Positions 1-10,242 are shown, numbered from the stretch's first letter. The stretch is DNA of 64,000 bases from Dehalococcoidia bacterium (GCA_030740155.1 JASLXV010000067.1:32001-96000), one strand, 5' to 3'. The notes: generated from the letters alone by a model not told the origin. Numbers and translations: made by a program.

Positions 1-329
1 TTAACGCCGCGTTGATGAGATTGCGGAAGGACCGGCAGAAGAACCTGCTGACCCAGACGGGATACGACGAGTTGCGTATTACCAATCCTTCCGAAGGTCC
101 GGAGAAGCAGGCGCTCAACAGTGAGCTTAGGGAGCGCCTGGAACAGGGCTTGGGGTTGGTAGCTCCCCACCTGCGGGCAGCCGTGGTCTTGCGGGACGTG
201 CAGGGCCTGAACAATGAAGAGGCTGCCGCAGTGCTGGATATCTCCGTTTCGTCTCTGAAGGCCCGTCTACATCGGGGGCGGGTGTTGCTCCGCCAGTACC
301 TGCAGGACTACCTCCAGCAGGCCCAATAG
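1..329 (+). CDS. ECF RNA polymerase sigma-70 factor, C-terminal part (5' truncated by window edge)
   Basis: Region 4 signature LRAAVVLRDVQGLNNEEAAAVLDISVSSLKARLHRGR. Confidence 0.85.
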   Translation, partial: NAALMRLRKDRQKNLLTQTGYDELRITNPSEGPEKQALNSELRERLEQGLGLVAPHLRAAVVLRDVQGLNNEEAAAVLDISVSSLKARLHRGRVLLRQYLQDYLQQAQ

Positions 330-391
330 ACCTTATCCAGAGCCGCCATCGGCGGGCGGCGGACCTCCAGGCTGAGGACCTTGGGTCTCGG

Positions 392-1258
392 TCAGATCTG
401 GAACGACCCCATCAGTTCCTCAACAGCCCGCGGCTTGGTCTTTTCCCACAACTGTTCAAACTGCTGGTCGAGTGATGGCCGGCTCTCGTCCTTGTACAAG
501 ACCCCAACCGGCGTACCGCCTTGCTGAAGCAGGCGAGACGCCTCGGCGCGGTCCGAGGGATCGTGGTCCTCCGGAATGGCCCACAACGCCGGCTCTACCC
601 CTTGCTTCTGGTTTCCCTTCAGCTCTTCATAGTTGTCATGGTAGGTGGTACAGGGAGACTGGACATGGACGATGGAGAACCCGGCGTGGTCCATCCCCTG
701 TTTGATCAGCTTGGCCAGGGGCCGGGGTTGGCCGGAGAACCCGGAAGCGATGTACGTGACTCCCAGGGTCAGGTACAGTTCCAGCGGACTGGTCGCCGCT
801 TCCAGTTTGCCGAACGGGGTAGAACTGGTAATGGTGCCAATCTTGGTGGTGGGCGAACTCTGGCCCTTGGTCAGCCCGTAGATACCGTTGTCCATGACCA
901 CGGCGCAGATATTCAGGTTCCTGGCGGCTTGAGGCCCGATATGCTCGGCGCCGATGCTCAAGAAGTCCCCATCGCCGGCCACGACGACCACGTTCAGACT
1001 GGGGCGGGCCATCTTGACGCCCATGGCGATCGGCAGGGACCTTCCGTGAATGCCGTGGAAGCCGTAGGCTTGAGCCCCTTCCAGCAGATGGACCAGGTTG
1101 CCGGAGCAGCCTATACCCGCCACCACCACATTGCCCTCCGCGGGAACCCCCGACTCTTCCAGCCGGTCGATCATGGCGAATTCAATCGCCCTGCGCACCC
1201 CGAAGTCGCCGCAGCCGGGGCACCATTTGAAATCGTATTCCAGGTTCTTCTTGCTCAT
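392..1258 (-). CDS. korB: 2-oxoacid:ferredoxin oxidoreductase beta subunit (ThDP-binding)
   Basis: WCPGCGDFG, GIGCS, HGR, GDGD, NGIYGLTKGQSSPT motifs; overlaps the alpha subunit stop. Confidence 0.92.
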   Translation of the reverse strand: MSKKNLEYDFKWCPGCGDFGVRRAIEFAMIDRLEESGVPAEGNVVVAGIGCSGNLVHLLEGAQAYGFHGIHGRSLPIAMGVKMARPSLNVVVVAGDGDFLSIGAEHIGPQAARNLNICAVVMDNGIYGLTKGQSSPTTKIGTITSSTPFGKLEAATSPLELYLTLGVTYIASGFSGQPRPLAKLIKQGMDHAGFSIVHVQSPCTTYHDNYEELKGNQKQGVEPALWAIPEDHDPSDRAEASRLLQQGGTPVGVLYKDESRPSLDQQFEQLWEKTKPRAVEELMGSFQI

Positions 1259-2970
1259 GCCCGGACCATCTCCCGGCGAGAGGTACTCGCCATATCGGTG
1301 ATCTGTTTGACCAGGTCTCGAACCCGGAATGGCAGGCCGGTGTATTGAGTGATAGCCACTGCACGTACCCCCTCGGAACGGAGGATACTGGCGAACTGCC
1401 CCTGGTAGTTCAACTCAGGCACGATTACCAGCTCTTTTTGTCTCAACTCCTCCAGCAACCGGGGAGGCAGCGGGTTCAAGAACATGGTGTAATACCAGGC
1501 GACGGAGACGCCCTGCTCTTTCAAAGTGTGGTAAGCCTCCAGGGCCGGCCCCTTGGAGCCCCCCCAGGGGAGGAGAGCGATTGACTCCTCCGGCCTTTCC
1601 CGTTCGTAGGTGTCCGTTTCGAGCAGTTTCAACTTGCCGAATCGCCGCTCGGTCATCTCTACGTGGTGTTCGGCCAGGTGGGTGGTGTCTCCCATGTCGT
1701 CGTGTTCGCTGCCGTTGGCCACGTAGGCTCCCGGAGAGCCGGGGATGGGCATGGGTGAAAGCTCCTGCCCAGCATAGCGATGGTAGTTGTTGGCGCCCTG
1801 GTAAACCTTCCGATTCGTCACTTCCAGCTTGGATAGGTCCGGCATGGGGATATTCTGTACCCGCTCCGCCAAGGTCATCTCGGTGAGCAAGATAACCGGG
1901 CCTTGGTACCGCTCCGCCCAATTCAAAGCTGTCACGGCGCCGTAAAAACACTCTTCCACGGTGCCGGCGGCAATGATGGGAAGTCGAACGTCGCCATGGG
2001 CAGGATACATGCAGGCCATCAGGTCCGATTGTTCGGTCTTGGTCGGCAGGCCGGTCGCCGGGCCGGCCCGCTGCACGTCCACCACCACGCAGGGAATCTC
2101 CGCCATCCAGGCTAACCCCAAGCCTTCGCTCATCAGGGAGATCCCCGGCCCGGAGGTGGCTGTCATGGATTTTCTTCCGGCGAATCCGCCGCCCAACAAC
2201 GCCGTCATTGCCTCGATTTCCGAGCTTACCTGGTAGGCGAATTTTTCAGGACCCACCAGGTTGCGTTCCAGGTAGATCAAAATGGCGCTGGCCGGGGAGA
2301 TCGGATAGCCCACGTAGAATTCCAGCCCTCCGGCCAGAGCGCCCAGGGCCACGGCCTCATTCCCCTTGAGCATGAGTTGGGCGTCCTCCGGCATTTCGGG
2401 GGGCGCCAGTTCTCCCAACGCGAAACCGACCTGGGAGATGTGCTCCCAGCCCAGGTTGATCGCCATGATGTTGGACCGGATGATTTCGGCGTCGGTGGAC
2501 CGGCCGCGGCTAAACCGCTGCTCCACGAACTTCTCCAAGGACGCCTTTGACATGTCCACCAGGTACGCCAACGCCCCGACCACGACCATGTTGGCGGCCC
2601 GGTTGTTGGCCGTCGACCGGGCCAGATCGTCGATAGCCAGGCCGAGGACCCGAGGGCTGGCTTCCAACTGGAACTCGTTGGAGTTGTAAATGACCACGCC
2701 GCCGTCTCTCACGGCGCCGCGGTGGGCATCATAGGCTTCCCGGTTAAAGGCCACCAGGACATCCACATCGTCCCCGGGGCTCAGGACCGGCTCCACCGAG
2801 ATGCGGACCTGGGTCCAGGTGGGGCCCCCCATGATCTGGGAGGGAAATGTGGCGAAGGTTAGGGCGTGGAAGCCGGCGGAGGTGGAGGTCTGTGCCAGAG
2901 ATTCCGCCGAGGTGACAACCCCCTGTCCCCCTTCTCCGGCGAACCGGACGACAAAGTCGCGGACTAGCAT
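1255..2970 (-). CDS. korA: 2-oxoacid:acceptor oxidoreductase alpha subunit (gamma-alpha fusion)
   Basis: AGEGGQGV, YPISP, TATSGPG, DVQRAGPATGLPTKTEQSDL, ELNYQGQ motifs. Confidence 0.92.
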   Translation of the reverse strand: MLVRDFVVRFAGEGGQGVVTSAESLAQTSTSAGFHALTFATFPSQIMGGPTWTQVRISVEPVLSPGDDVDVLVAFNREAYDAHRGAVRDGGVVIYNSNEFQLEASPRVLGLAIDDLARSTANNRAANMVVVGALAYLVDMSKASLEKFVEQRFSRGRSTDAEIIRSNIMAINLGWEHISQVGFALGELAPPEMPEDAQLMLKGNEAVALGALAGGLEFYVGYPISPASAILIYLERNLVGPEKFAYQVSSEIEAMTALLGGGFAGRKSMTATSGPGISLMSEGLGLAWMAEIPCVVVDVQRAGPATGLPTKTEQSDLMACMYPAHGDVRLPIIAAGTVEECFYGAVTALNWAERYQGPVILLTEMTLAERVQNIPMPDLSKLEVTNRKVYQGANNYHRYAGQELSPMPIPGSPGAYVANGSEHDDMGDTTHLAEHHVEMTERRFGKLKLLETDTYERERPEESIALLPWGGSKGPALEAYHTLKEQGVSVAWYYTMFLNPLPPRLLEELRQKELVIVPELNYQGQFASILRSEGVRAVAITQYTGLPFRVRDLVKQITDMASTSRREMVRA

Positions 2971-3199
2971 AGGCAGACCTCCCGGCCTATTGATCAGGAC
3001 AAAGGGATATCAGGATTGGATCCAGTGGTGGAGCGGCGGACGGATATTCGGTATCTACATGCACAGGAAGCAAGGACGGCTACATTGAGGCACAAACGGT
3101 TCAGGGTCTTTGGCATGGTGGTTTTTGGGATCGGTCCTCTCGACTCCCTGAAGTCAAGGCGACCTCATAGAGGTCGCTCTATTCGCCGTTATCGCGGCA

Positions 3200-3235
3200 G
3201 CCCAGTGGTCTGCCCGGTGGTCTGCCCGGTGGTCT
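3200..3235. repeat. Tandem 12-bp repeat GCCC(A/G)GTGGTCT x3
   Basis: Read directly in the korA-dprA intergenic region. Confidence 0.85.
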
Positions 3236-3390
3236 GACTGAGTATTTCCGAGGGCTGCATTACGAATATAACACCCGGCTTCGGCCATTGTCAATTGAGA
3301 CTCAGTAACAATATCCGGCTCTGATAATTGTCTAATTGCGCCCGGCTCCCGACATTGTTGGGGGTTCTTGGGTATGCTAGAATCCGTATC

Positions 3391-4500
3391 ATGGAGGACA
3401 TCAAATACTGGGTGGCGCTGAACCGCGTCCCCCAGCTTGGAACGGTTAGGTTCCGCCGGTTGGAGGCCCACTTCGGCAAGTTGGCTGGCGCTTGGCAGGC
3501 CAGTTTGGCCGAGTTGAAGGCTGCTGGAATCGAGGATCGACCGGCTCGTGAGATAGTGGCGGCCCGAAGCCGTATCTCACCGGACGCCGAGATTGAGCGG
3601 ATGAGCCTCGCTGGGGTGAAGCCGCTCAACTGGCACCACCATGATTACCCGCCCCGGCTGAAAGAGATACATGATCCACCCCCGGTACTATATTATAAGG
3701 GCACCATTCTGCCGGACGACGAACGGGCGGTGGCGGTGGTGGGGACCCGGGGGCCCACCACCTATGGCCGCGAGGCGGCTGCCGCGCTGACCACCGACCT
3801 GGCTCGCAACGGCATCACCATCGTAAGCGGATTGGCCCGGGGCATTGACGGCGTCGCCCACCGGGCGGCCCTGGACGCCGGCGGCAGGACTATCGCCGTC
3901 CTGGCCAGCGGGTTGGACACGGTCTACCCACGGGAGCACGCTGGTCTGTTCCAGCGGACCCAGGGGGCTGGGGCGGTGGTTTGCGAGTACCCTCTGGGTG
4001 TGCGGCCGGATCCCCGCAGCTTTCCCCGGCGGAACCGGCTGATCAGCGGCATGAGCCTGGGGACCCTGGTGATCGAGGCGCCCAACAAGAGCGGCGCGGT
4101 TTGGACGGTGCGTCACGCTTTGGACCAAAACCGGGAGGTCTTCTGCGTTCCGGGAAGTATCTTCTCACCGGCCAGCCAGTTCACCAACCGGATGATCCAA
4201 GAGGGCGCCAAGCTGGTCTCCAGCTACACCGACGTCCTGGAAGAGCTTAACTTGACGGTGGTCGCCCACCAGGTGGAGATGCCCATGATTCAGGATCAAG
4301 CCGACGATACCGAGGCGGCCTTGCTCCAGTACCTGGACGACGAACCGCTACATATCGACGATATCCGAAGGAGCGCCAGCTTGCCCATCGCCGCGGTCAG
4401 CAGCCTGTTGTCCATGCTGGAGCTGAGGGGTAAGGTCAAGCAGGTTGGCTGCATGCACTACATTCGAATACGGGAGACTAGCCCAATCTATGGCAACTGA
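3391..4500 (+). CDS. dprA: DNA-processing protein DprA (Smf)
   Basis: DYPPRLKEIHDPPPVLY, VAVVGTR, VSGLARGIDG, FPRRNRLISG motifs; ATG 3391 preferred over the ORF-track start. Confidence 0.95.
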   Translation: MEDIKYWVALNRVPQLGTVRFRRLEAHFGKLAGAWQASLAELKAAGIEDRPAREIVAARSRISPDAEIERMSLAGVKPLNWHHHDYPPRLKEIHDPPPVLYYKGTILPDDERAVAVVGTRGPTTYGREAAAALTTDLARNGITIVSGLARGIDGVAHRAALDAGGRTIAVLASGLDTVYPREHAGLFQRTQGAGAVVCEYPLGVRPDPRSFPRRNRLISGMSLGTLVIEAPNKSGAVWTVRHALDQNREVFCVPGSIFSPASQFTNRMIQEGAKLVSSYTDVLEELNLTVVAHQVEMPMIQDQADDTEAALLQYLDDEPLHIDDIRRSASLPIAAVSSLLSMLELRGKVKQVGCMHYIRIRETSPIYGN

Positions 4501-6757
4501 TTCTGGGAAGAAGACCCCCGCCCGGTCCAAGCCTAAACCCAAGCCTCGAACTGCAGGTACCGCGAAGAAGAAGGCGAGCCCTCGAAAGAGCACCCTTAGG
4601 GCCAGCCTGACCGGCAAGCACCTGGTCATCGTGGAATCCCCGGCCAAAGCCCGAACCGTGGGCCAGATCCTGGGAAGAAAGTACGTGGTTACGGCCTCTC
4701 TGGGCCACGTCCGGGACCTGCCGAAGAGCAAGATCGGGGTGGACGTCGATCAGGACTTCGAGCCGTCCTACGTAATAATGAAGGACAAGAAGACCGTACT
4801 CACCGACCTGAAGAAAGCCGGCGAGCAGGCAACGAGCATATATCTGGCTACCGACCCGGACCGGGAGGGTGAGGCCATCTCCTGGCACCTCCAGGCAGCC
4901 GCCGAGTGGAGCCGGAGGTCCGAGCCACCCAAGCGGGTGGTCTTTCACGAAATCACCAAAGAGGCCGTGATGGAGGCCTTCAAGCACCCCAGGGAAATCG
5001 ATATGCAACTGGTCAATGCTCAGCAGGCCAGACGGATCTTGGACCGGCTGGTGGGCTACCAGATCAGCCCCTTACTCTGGCGGCGCGTTCAGCGGGGTCT
5101 CTCAGCCGGGCGGGTCCAATCGGTCGCCCTGCGAATGGTGGTGGACCGGGAGAAGGAAATCCAGGCCTTCGTGCCGGTGGAATCCTGGACGCTGGAAGCC
5201 CAACTCCATAAAGAGTCTGGCGATTCCACCGCAGCCAATCTATTCACGGCCGTGCTCCACTCAACCAAGGGGCAGAAGGGCCGGCTGTCCATCGCGAAAG
5301 AGGATGAGGCCCGGCGCTACGAAGCCGAACTTAATGGCGCCGCCTACGCGGTGGCCAGTGTGACCAAACGGGAGGTGCGCCAACGGCCGGTCGCGCCTTT
5401 CACCACGAGCACCTTGCAGCAAGACGCGGGGCGAAAGCTCAGGTTCACCGCCCAAAAGACCATGAGGATCGCCCAGCAACTTTATGAAGGTCTATCGGTT
5501 GGCCCAGGGGGCCCGGTGGGCCTGATCACCTACATGCGCACCGATTCTACCCAGGTTGCGGGGTCGGCCGTGGGTGAGGTGCGGGACTACATCCGCGACC
5601 GGTACGGCAAGGAGTTCTTGCCGGACAAGCCGAGGATGTACACGAAGCGGTCCAAGGCGGCTCAGGAAGCCCACGAGGCGATCCGGCCCACCTCTGCCCG
5701 GCGCGACCCGGAGGCCTTGAGGGCTCACCTGGACCGGGACCAGCACAACTTGTACAAGCTGATTTGGGAGCGGATGGTCGCCAGTCAGATGGCTGATGCC
5801 CGGTCCGATGCCACCACCGTGGATATCGAAGCCACCTGTAAAGCATCGCCCAACGTCTACGTCTTCCGGGCCACAGGCTCGGTGCTCAAGTTCCCGGGCT
5901 TCCGTTCCGTGTATGCGGAGCGGCGTGAGGAAAACGGGGGAGCCGAGGGCCGCAGAGCGCTGCCCCTGCTGGTCAGCGCCGACCCGCTGCGGTGCACCAA
6001 ACTCGAAGCGCTCCAGCACTTCACCGAGCCTCCTCCGCGGTTCACGGAGGGCACGTTGATCCGGGCGATGGAGGAGCAGGGTATCGGCCGGCCCAGTACC
6101 TACGCGCCGACCATCGGCACGCTTCTGGACCGCCACTATGTCGGCAAAGAGCAGACCCGCCTGGTGCCCTCGCCTTTGGGCACCACCGTCACCGAGCTTT
6201 TGACCGAGTACTTCACCGAGGTCATGGACCCGGAGTTCACCGCCAGGATGGAAAAGGAGTTGGACGACGTGTCCCGAGGCGAGCGACAGTGGGTCCCAAT
6301 GCTGGATGAGTTCTACGGCCCTTTCCAAAAAGCCCTGGAAGCCGCTCAGGAGCTGATGCCCCGGAGAAAGGTGGAAGAGGAGACCGACGAGATCTGCGAA
6401 ACCTGCGGCATGCCCATGGTGATCAAGACCGGGCGGTTCGGCCGGTTCCTTGCCTGCACCGGCTTCCCGGAGTGCCGGACCACCAAGAGGATCTTGAACA
6501 AGACCGGCGCGTCCTGTCCCAAGTGCGGTGGCGACATCGTCGAGCGCCGGTCCCGGGGACGAGGACGACCCTTCTACGGCTGTTCCCGCTATCCGGAGTG
6601 CGATTTCCTGACCAACCGGAAGCCGGTGCCCACTCCCTGCCCCGAGTGCAGCGGCCTGATGGTGATCGCGGACCGGGACACCGCCGCCTGCACCAACTGT
6701 GATTGGCAGGAGCCCATGGGAACGGACGTAGAGGAGCAGGCCCCCGTTGCCGGCTGA
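4490..6757 (+). CDS. topA: DNA topoisomerase I with C-terminal Zn ribbons
   Basis: LVIVESPAKA, ATDPDREGEAI, SAGRVQS, LITYMRTDS, GIGRPSTY, CxxC ribbons. Confidence 0.97.
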   Translation: MATDSGKKTPARSKPKPKPRTAGTAKKKASPRKSTLRASLTGKHLVIVESPAKARTVGQILGRKYVVTASLGHVRDLPKSKIGVDVDQDFEPSYVIMKDKKTVLTDLKKAGEQATSIYLATDPDREGEAISWHLQAAAEWSRRSEPPKRVVFHEITKEAVMEAFKHPREIDMQLVNAQQARRILDRLVGYQISPLLWRRVQRGLSAGRVQSVALRMVVDREKEIQAFVPVESWTLEAQLHKESGDSTAANLFTAVLHSTKGQKGRLSIAKEDEARRYEAELNGAAYAVASVTKREVRQRPVAPFTTSTLQQDAGRKLRFTAQKTMRIAQQLYEGLSVGPGGPVGLITYMRTDSTQVAGSAVGEVRDYIRDRYGKEFLPDKPRMYTKRSKAAQEAHEAIRPTSARRDPEALRAHLDRDQHNLYKLIWERMVASQMADARSDATTVDIEATCKASPNVYVFRATGSVLKFPGFRSVYAERREENGGAEGRRALPLLVSADPLRCTKLEALQHFTEPPPRFTEGTLIRAMEEQGIGRPSTYAPTIGTLLDRHYVGKEQTRLVPSPLGTTVTELLTEYFTEVMDPEFTARMEKELDDVSRGERQWVPMLDEFYGPFQKALEAAQELMPRRKVEEETDEICETCGMPMVIKTGRFGRFLACTGFPECRTTKRILNKTGASCPKCGGDIVERRSRGRGRPFYGCSRYPECDFLTNRKPVPTPCPECSGLMVIADRDTAACTNCDWQEPMGTDVEEQAPVAG

Positions 6758-6830
6758 CCTTCAGCGGGGCGGAAAGACCTTTACAATGGGGGTTGCGGTG
6801 GACGGCCAAGCAGAACCGGAGATAACCTCC

Positions 6831-7883
6831 ATGGAGCCCGATTTCGAGGCTTTGTTGCAGCGCTACCCGTCATTTCTGCGGGGTCAGCGGGGTTTGTCCG
6901 AAAATACGCTGCGTATCTACCTGGCCGACATTGCTTCCTTCCGGCAGTACATATCCGGGCAGAGACTTAGGCTGGCCGATATGGACCGGTCCATGCTCCG
7001 GGGGTACCTGGCCTGGCTGGTCACCGCCGGGCGAGACGGGACCCACGGCTACGCCCGGGTCAGTGTCGCCCGCAAGCTCTCGGCGTTGCGGTCTTTCTAC
7101 CGCTTTCTGGTGCAGGAAGGCCTCTTCCGGTCCACCCCCATGCCGTCGGGGCGCAGCTTCCGGCTCAAGCTGGAAAGGCCCCTGCCGAGATTCCTGGGAC
7201 GGAGCGAGGTGAACCGGCTGCTGGAAGCTCCGGGCGACGCCACCCCGGTGGCGATTCGCGACGGGGCGATCCTGGAGGTCCTGTACTCTTGCGGCGTACG
7301 GCTCGCGGAGATCCAGGAGTTGAATGTCGGGGACGTAGACCTATCGCGGCGTGAGATGCTGGTCCGGGGCAAAGGCTCCAAGGAGCGGTGGGTGGTGTTT
7401 GGGCAGCCCGCGGAGACATCATTGACCCGCTATCTGGGGGAATCGAGGCCCCTTCTGGCCACCGGGCCGGACCCGGCGTTGTTCTTGAACCGCTATGGAA
7501 AACGCCTGTCCCGCCGCAGTTTCGAGATATTGGTCGGGCGCTACGCGGCTCGGTCGGGCGCCCGTACCGGGGTGCATCCCCATACGCTTCGCCACACCTT
7601 TGCCACCCACCTGCTGGAGGGAGGTGCCGACCTGCGGGTCATCCAGGAGCTGTTGGGCCATTCCAGCCCGACCACAACCCAGGTGTACACCCACGTGACC
7701 ATGCAGGAGGCGCTCAGCGCCATGTTGACCAATCATCCCCGGTCGGACCTACCCCCCGGCGCGGCCTCTCGCGAGGAGACCGGCGGCAACCGGCCGGATG
7801 AAAACCCCGCAAGCCCGCAGGCCGCCGCGAAACCTCCCCGGCTGGCCACGGGAAGGGGCCGACCTTTGAGGGACGGAGTTTAG
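6831..7883 (+). CDS. xerC: Tyrosine recombinase XerC/XerD
   Basis: R (GVRLAE), K (RGKGSKER), HTLRH, LLGH and TTQVYTHV catalytic residues; dprA-topA-xerC synteny; start uncertain (6786-6831). Confidence 0.88.
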   Translation: MEPDFEALLQRYPSFLRGQRGLSENTLRIYLADIASFRQYISGQRLRLADMDRSMLRGYLAWLVTAGRDGTHGYARVSVARKLSALRSFYRFLVQEGLFRSTPMPSGRSFRLKLERPLPRFLGRSEVNRLLEAPGDATPVAIRDGAILEVLYSCGVRLAEIQELNVGDVDLSRREMLVRGKGSKERWVVFGQPAETSLTRYLGESRPLLATGPDPALFLNRYGKRLSRRSFEILVGRYAARSGARTGVHPHTLRHTFATHLLEGGADLRVIQELLGHSSPTTTQVYTHVTMQEALSAMLTNHPRSDLPPGAASREETGGNRPDENPASPQAAAKPPRLATGRGRPLRDGV

Positions 7884-7890
7884 CCGGCCG

Positions 7891-8340
7891 ATGGTCAAGT
7901 TTCTGATTCTCAACGGGCCCAACATCAACATCCTGGGCCGCCGCATGCCCGAGATTTACGGAGTCAGGACCCTCGACGATATCAATCAGGAGTTGGCGGA
8001 GAAAGCCAAGGCCGTTGGCGTGGAAGTCAGCTTCTTCCAGTCCAACGTTGAAGGCCACCTGATCGATTGCATCCAGGAGCACTGGGGGGAGATTCAGGGC
8101 ATCATCATCAATCCGGGCGCCCTCACCCATTACGGCTACGCCCTGAAGGACGCCCTCATCGATGCGGCCGTGCCGGTGATCGAGGTGCACCTGGGCAACA
8201 TCTACGCCCGCGAGGCCTGGCGGCGCCACTCAGTCATCGCCGATATTGCCCGGGGCCAGATTGCGGGGTTCGGTTGGAGAAGCTATACTTCGGCGTTGGA
8301 GATCCTGGCCGCGCAAGTGAAGGAAGAGGCAGGGAAATGA
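7891..8340 (+). CDS. aroQ: Type II 3-dehydroquinate dehydratase
   Basis: LNGPNINILGRR.PEIYG, QSNVEG, INPGALTH, EVHLGN. Confidence 0.96.
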   Translation: MVKFLILNGPNINILGRRMPEIYGVRTLDDINQELAEKAKAVGVEVSFFQSNVEGHLIDCIQEHWGEIQGIIINPGALTHYGYALKDALIDAAVPVIEVHLGNIYAREAWRRHSVIADIARGQIAGFGWRSYTSALEILAAQVKEEAGK

Positions 8341-9404
8341 AAGACCGCTTGGATCGATTGAGGAGCCAGTTCCGGGAGCGGGAGCTGGACGCCATGTTGA
8401 TTTCAGCGCCGGAAAACCGGCGTTACCTCTCGGGCTTTACCGGCTCGGCAGGCTATCTGTTCATCTCCGCGGAACGGGCGGTGCTGGTTACCGATTCCCG
8501 TTACACCGAGCAGGCCACCGGTCAAGCCTCGGAGTACCGGGTGATTCAGATCCGGGGGGGATGGGACTGGCTGCTGGAGCAGTTGAAGGAAAGCGGCGCC
8601 AAGAAGCTGGGCTTCGAGAGCCAGGATATGACCGTCGCCACCTACAACGTGCTGCTTGAAGCCCTGAAGAAAGAGGAGCCCCTCACCCAGGTTTCCATGG
8701 TGGCGGCCCCCGGCATGGCTGAAGAACAGCGGGCCATCAAGGACGGCGGCGAGTTGGACGCATTGCGCAAAGCCATCCACGCCTCCGACGCGGCGATGGA
8801 TGCGGTGCGCACGGAGATCCGCGAGGGCATGACCGAGCGGGAAGTGGCCTGGCGAATGGAGTCGGCGATGCGCGATTTTGGCTCCGAGGGCACCAGCTTC
8901 GACACCATCGTGGCCGCCGGGCCCAACGGCGCCATGGCCCATCACCGGCCCTCGGACCGGCCCATCGGGCGCGGTGAGCCCATCGTGATCGACATGGGCG
9001 CCAAGGTCGATGGGTACTGCTCGGACCTCACCCGGACGGTGGTGGTCGGAGAGCCCGACGAGACCTTCCGCAAGGTCTACGACATCGTGCTGGGCGCCCA
9101 ACTGACCGCGATCAACACCGTCAAGGCCGGAATGACCGGCGGGGATTGCGACGGCCTGGCCCGCTCCGTAATCGCCGAAGCGGGCTACGGAGATCAATTC
9201 GGGCACGGCCTGGGCCACGGAGTTGGCCTGGCGGTCCACGAGGATCCGAGGGTAGGACCCAAGTCTTCGGACCCCCTGGAACCCAACTCAGTTTTCACGG
9301 TTGAGCCGGGGATCTACATCACCGGCTGGGGTGGGATACGCATCGAAGACATCGTGCTTTTGGACGGGGAAGGCGCCACCCCCCTTAGTAAGGCATCCAA
9401 GTAG
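8337..9404 (+). CDS. Xaa-Pro aminopeptidase (M24 family)
   Basis: NRRYLSGFTGS, YCSDLTRT, HGLGHGVGLAVHE, TVEPGIY, GIRIED; ATGA overlap with aroQ. Confidence 0.93.
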   Translation: MKDRLDRLRSQFRERELDAMLISAPENRRYLSGFTGSAGYLFISAERAVLVTDSRYTEQATGQASEYRVIQIRGGWDWLLEQLKESGAKKLGFESQDMTVATYNVLLEALKKEEPLTQVSMVAAPGMAEEQRAIKDGGELDALRKAIHASDAAMDAVRTEIREGMTEREVAWRMESAMRDFGSEGTSFDTIVAAGPNGAMAHHRPSDRPIGRGEPIVIDMGAKVDGYCSDLTRTVVVGEPDETFRKVYDIVLGAQLTAINTVKAGMTGGDCDGLARSVIAEAGYGDQFGHGLGHGVGLAVHEDPRVGPKSSDPLEPNSVFTVEPGIYITGWGGIRIEDIVLLDGEGATPLSKASK

Positions 9405-9453
9405 TTTACGGGCCGGTGGTCCGTGATGACCCGGAGTTGGGAGGAAGGTCCGG

Positions 9454-10020
9454 ATGAGCATTAACTTCAGCGACCTGAGTCGAGGCCTGGTTATCGAGCT
9501 GGACGGTCAGCCGTGGCAGGTCATGGACTACGAGCGTCACAAGATGCAGCAGCGCGCTCCCGTTACCCGGATCAAGCTGAAGAACCTGCTCAGCGGCGCG
9601 GTGGTTGAGCGCACATTTCAAAGGTACGATACCGCGTTCACCATGGCGGATATCGACAACCGGAGCACCCAATACCTGTATACCGACGGCGAGTTCTATT
9701 ACTTCCTGGACCAGGAGACCTTCGACCAGTATGAACTCACCAAAGAACTCCTTGGCTCGACCCTCGATTACCTCTCCGAGCAGATGATTGTTGAGGTGGT
9801 CTTCTTCAAGGGAAAGGCCATCAACGTCAACCTGCCCACCCACGTGGACCTGAAAGTTAAGGAGACTCCCCCAGCCTTTAAAGGCGACACCGCCCAGGGA
9901 GGAAACAAGCCGGCGACTCTGGAGACCGGCCTGCGGATCAACGTCCCCATGTTCATCACGCCCGGCACCGTGGTCCGCGTGGACACCCGCACCGGAAACT
10001 ATACCGAGCGAGTCAGCTAG
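9454..10020 (+). CDS. efp: Translation elongation factor P
   Basis: YLYTDG, FLDQETFDQ, KGDTA..GNKPATLETG, VPMFI, VRVDTRTGNYTER. Confidence 0.96.
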   Translation: MSINFSDLSRGLVIELDGQPWQVMDYERHKMQQRAPVTRIKLKNLLSGAVVERTFQRYDTAFTMADIDNRSTQYLYTDGEFYYFLDQETFDQYELTKELLGSTLDYLSEQMIVEVVFFKGKAINVNLPTHVDLKVKETPPAFKGDTAQGGNKPATLETGLRINVPMFITPGTVVRVDTRTGNYTERVS

Positions 10021-10108
10021 CGCCTCCCGTTTCCGGGGACTGCCGTTAGGGTATAGTCTCGTAGATAGCTCTACACCTGCGAGAACATGCGGCGTTCCCG
10101 CCAGCGAT

Positions 10109-10179
10109 CGTCCCCGATTGCATTGGGGCCGGAATCCAGAGAGAGGCTGGCTGGATCCCGGCCTTCGCCGGGATGACGG
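10109..10179. repeat. REP-like palindrome family A (GCCGGAATCCAG...CTGGATCCCGGCCTTCGCCGGGATGACG)
   Basis: Near-identical copies at 13235-13303, 39822-39888, 39915-39981. Confidence 0.85.
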
Positions 10180-10242
10180 GTAGGGTATCAAACCACGAAC
10201 GAGACTGCGGACTAGCGGTCAGTCAACCTCGTTTTGGCAGGA

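Noticed and set aside
3016..3237. Short ORFs in the korA-dprA gap
   Set aside because: No RBS or motif; the VVCP repeats come from the 12-bp DNA repeat
6831..7883. Tyrosine recombinase as the integron integrase or a phage integrase
   Set aside because: Sits in the conserved dprA-topA-xerC context, shows no obvious IntI-specific insertion before HTLRH, and is about 19 kb from the cassette islet
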